From an uncultured Actinomycetes bacterium (GTDB lineage: Bacteria > Actinomycetota > Acidimicrobiia > IMCC26256 > PALSA-610): a stretch of DNA of 64,000 nucleotides. Location of the stretch: contig CAWASN010000007.1 of NCBI GenBank assembly GCA_963784845.1, positions 4,022 to 68,021 of the forward strand, read 5' to 3'. Shown here one piece after another: positions 62,095 to 64,000 of the stretch; the first letter of the stretch is position 1; each line of letters opens with the position of its first letter. Below the pieces are notes generated by a model, which made no database searches, was not told the origin of the DNA, and saw only the letters and a program-made list of their open reading frames with translations. The position numbers were made by a program, and so were the translations under genes.

Positions 62095-63271
62095 CACTCG
62101 TCGGCCCCGAGGTCGAGCAGGCGCCGGGCGATGATGTTGCGCTGCACCTCGGCGGTGCCGCCGTAGATCGTCGCCGCGCGCGAGTAGAGGTACTCGGCTG
62201 CGCCACACCGTCGCCGCCCGCGCTCGTCGCCGATCTCGACGACGCCGGGCAGGAGCCGGCGCACGGCGTCGTAGGTCGCGTGCTCGGCCGTCGCGACGAG
62301 GACCTTGTCGATCGAGGTCTCCGCGCCGAGGGTCGCGCCGGCGGCGAGCCGGTGCTGGGTCGCACGCGAACGGGCCCGGAGCGCGTGGAGGTGCAAGAAC
62401 GCGTCGCCGACGATCTCGGCGTTTCGGTCGTCGTCCGGTGCGACCTCGACGAGCCTGCTCGAGGCGCCGGTAGAGGTAGGCGATGCGCTGCCAGAAGCAC
62501 GACGAGCGCTCGTACGGGCAGGATGCTCATCGCGACGGCCCAGCCGCCGTTCACCTCGCCGAGGATCCGGTCGGCGGGTACGACGACGTCGTCGAAGAAC
62601 ACCTCGGCGAACTCGCGCACGCCGTTGATCATCTCGATCGGCGCGACGGTGATCCCGGGCGTGTCCATGTCGACGAAGAACGCGGTGATGCCGCGGTGGC
62701 GCGACTCCGGCGGGCCGGTTCGCGTCAGCAGCACGCAGCGATCCGAGTACTGCGCCAGGCTCGTCCACACCTTCTGGCCGTTGATCGACCCACGATCGAC
62801 GCGGTGGCGGGGTCGCCGTCGGGCAGCGGCCCGGCAGCTCAGCGACGCGAGGTCGCTTCCGGTGCCCGGCTCCGAGAACCCCTGGCACCACATCTCGGCG
62901 CCCGAGAGCAGGCGGGGCACGACCTCGGCGGCGAGCGCGGGCGGCGCGAAGTCGATGAGCGTCGGCGCGAGCACCTCGATGAGCGAGAAGAGGCCCGGGT
63001 CGGTGAGGTCGCGTGCCGGCCGAGCGCCGCGCCGAGCTCGGTGCGGAGCATCGGCGACCCGCCGAGGCCGCCGACGCGCTCGGGCCAGCCGTAGCGCATC
63101 CAGCCCGCGTCGAACAGGATCGACTTCACGCGTTGCATCTGCGCGATCTGCTCGTCGAGCGTTCCGGGCGGGGCGATACCGCGGCGCGAGCTCGTCGTGG
63201 TGCGCGTCGAGCCACGCGTGGAGCTCGGCGCGGAACTCGGCGATCGCCCGTCCGCGCCGGGGCTCGTCGCA
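62094..63271 (-). CDS. Acyl-CoA dehydrogenase (first of the minus-strand tandem pair; frameshifts; start approximate)
   Basis: Segments are [66 protein letters not shown], and the tail IYGGTAEVQRNIIARRLLDLGADE. Confidence 0.7.
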
Positions 63272-63316
63272 TCCTCGTCCCCTTCGTTCGAGAATCCCGC
63301 ATGCTCTTGGCGAGAG

Positions 63317-63332
63317 AGCAGATTCTCGTCTA
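63317..63332. promoter_or_regulatory. AGCAGATTCTCGTCTA operator-like element (second copy of the 5427 motif)
   Basis: It lies in the spacer between the divergent ACAD (-) and aldehyde dehydrogenase (+) starts. It matches 5427-5443 at 15 of 16 aligned bases with one gap. Confidence 0.4.
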
Positions 63333-63399
63333 GCGTAATGTCCTATCGAGACCAGGCACGTGCGGGCTGGCCGGTGCCGCATCCGGGGAGCGTCGAGCC

Positions 63400-64000
63400 G
63401 TGACGACCTGGCACGAAGAGCGGCTGCTGATCGACGGCGAGCTGGTCGCCGGCCGCCGGACGGCGCGACCTACGAGACCGTCTCGCCCGCGACCGAGGCG
63501 GTCCTCGGTGTGGCCGCCGACGCGACCGTCGACGACGCGCGGCGCGCGATCGGCGCGGCCCGGCGCGCCGTTCGACACGACGCGACTGGTCACGCGACCA
63601 CGCGTTCCGCGTGCGGTGCCTCCGCCAGCTCCACCAGGCCCTGCGCGACAACGTCGAGCCGCTGCGCGAGATCCTCGTGCACGAGGTCGGCGCGCCGGTC
63701 TCGAGCACGAGCGGTCCGCAGCTCGAGGCCCCGATCGACGTCGTGGAGCTGGTACGCCGACCTCGCTCGAGGGCTACGACTTCGTCGAGGACCTCGGCGA
63801 GCGCGACACGTTCGCCGGCCGCCACCACCGATGGATCGAGAAGGAGGCCGCCGGCGTCGTCGGCGCGATCACGGCGTACAACTACCCGATCCAGCTCGCG
63901 CTCGCGAAGCTCGCGCCCGGCGCTCGCGGCCGGGTGCACGGTCGTGCTCAAGGGCGCGCCCGACACGCCGTGGGCGACGCTCGCGCTCGGCAAGCTCATC
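63400..64000 (+). CDS. Aldehyde dehydrogenase family protein (5' part, runs off the window; frameshifts)
   Basis: GTG at 63400 after GGGGAG. Segments are [16 protein letters not shown], ..[43 protein letters not shown] (the xYNYP motif), spread across frames. Confidence 0.7.
   Translation, partial: [200 protein letters not shown]

Noticed and set aside
1-64000. Genome decay (M. leprae-style pseudogenisation) as the explanation for the broken genes
   Set aside because: Only small indels are seen. There are no substitution-derived stops, truncations or loss of motif conservation, and several breaks are compensated within a few codons. Technical indel error fits better, although this cannot be proven from the sequence alone.
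1-64000. Search for CRISPR arrays, tRNA/rRNA genes, transposases, integrases, phage genes and toxin-antitoxin pairs
   Set aside because: Reading both strands, I found no regularly spaced repeat-spacer array, no cloverleaf-like or rRNA-like conserved stretches, and no ORF with DDE, tyrosine/serine recombinase or phage structural signatures. The only repeats are the short 13-15-nt tandem duplications and the operator-like motifs reported above.

Overview
High-GC (actinobacterial-type) chromosomal DNA carrying roughly 60 protein-coding genes. I saw no rRNA, tRNA, CRISPR array, transposase or integrase. Most of the window is a catabolic island. It holds three paralogous cytochrome P450s, two Rieske oxygenase alpha subunits, a Baeyer-Villiger monooxygenase, a TauD-type dioxygenase, an FNR/2Fe-2S reductase and several SDRs. 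It also holds three acyl-CoA synthetases, two tandem acyl-CoA dehydrogenase pairs plus a single acyl-CoA dehydrogenase (37553-38708), two enoyl-CoA hydratases, two DUF35 + thiolase-like pairs, four amidohydrolases, and five TetR regulators plus one MarR.

The stand-out region is 7.85-13.5 kb. A minus-strand operon encodes three tandem small ORFs with a shared ~60-aa acidic leader and Cys-rich C-termini. They are followed, with start/stop overlap, by a radical SAM enzyme with an N-terminal extension and a canonical 7-Cys SPASM domain. A MacB/FtsX-type ABC exporter (two permeases + ATPase) is transcribed divergently. I interpret this as a RiPP (thioether/sactipeptide-ranthipeptide-like) biosynthetic system whose leader I do not recognise.

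Other signals are a 14-nt operator-like motif recurring in five divergent promoters, a second AGAA-N3-GTTCT-type motif, short 13-15-nt tandem duplications in intergenic DNA, and a secreted 7-repeat Cys-pair protein.

Caveat: well over half of the genes need one or more single-base frame switches to be read through. No nonsense codons or conservation loss accompany them, which looks like indel error in the sequence rather than biology. Many long ORFs in the six-frame track are therefore chimeric or spurious, and many CDS boundaries below are approximate.
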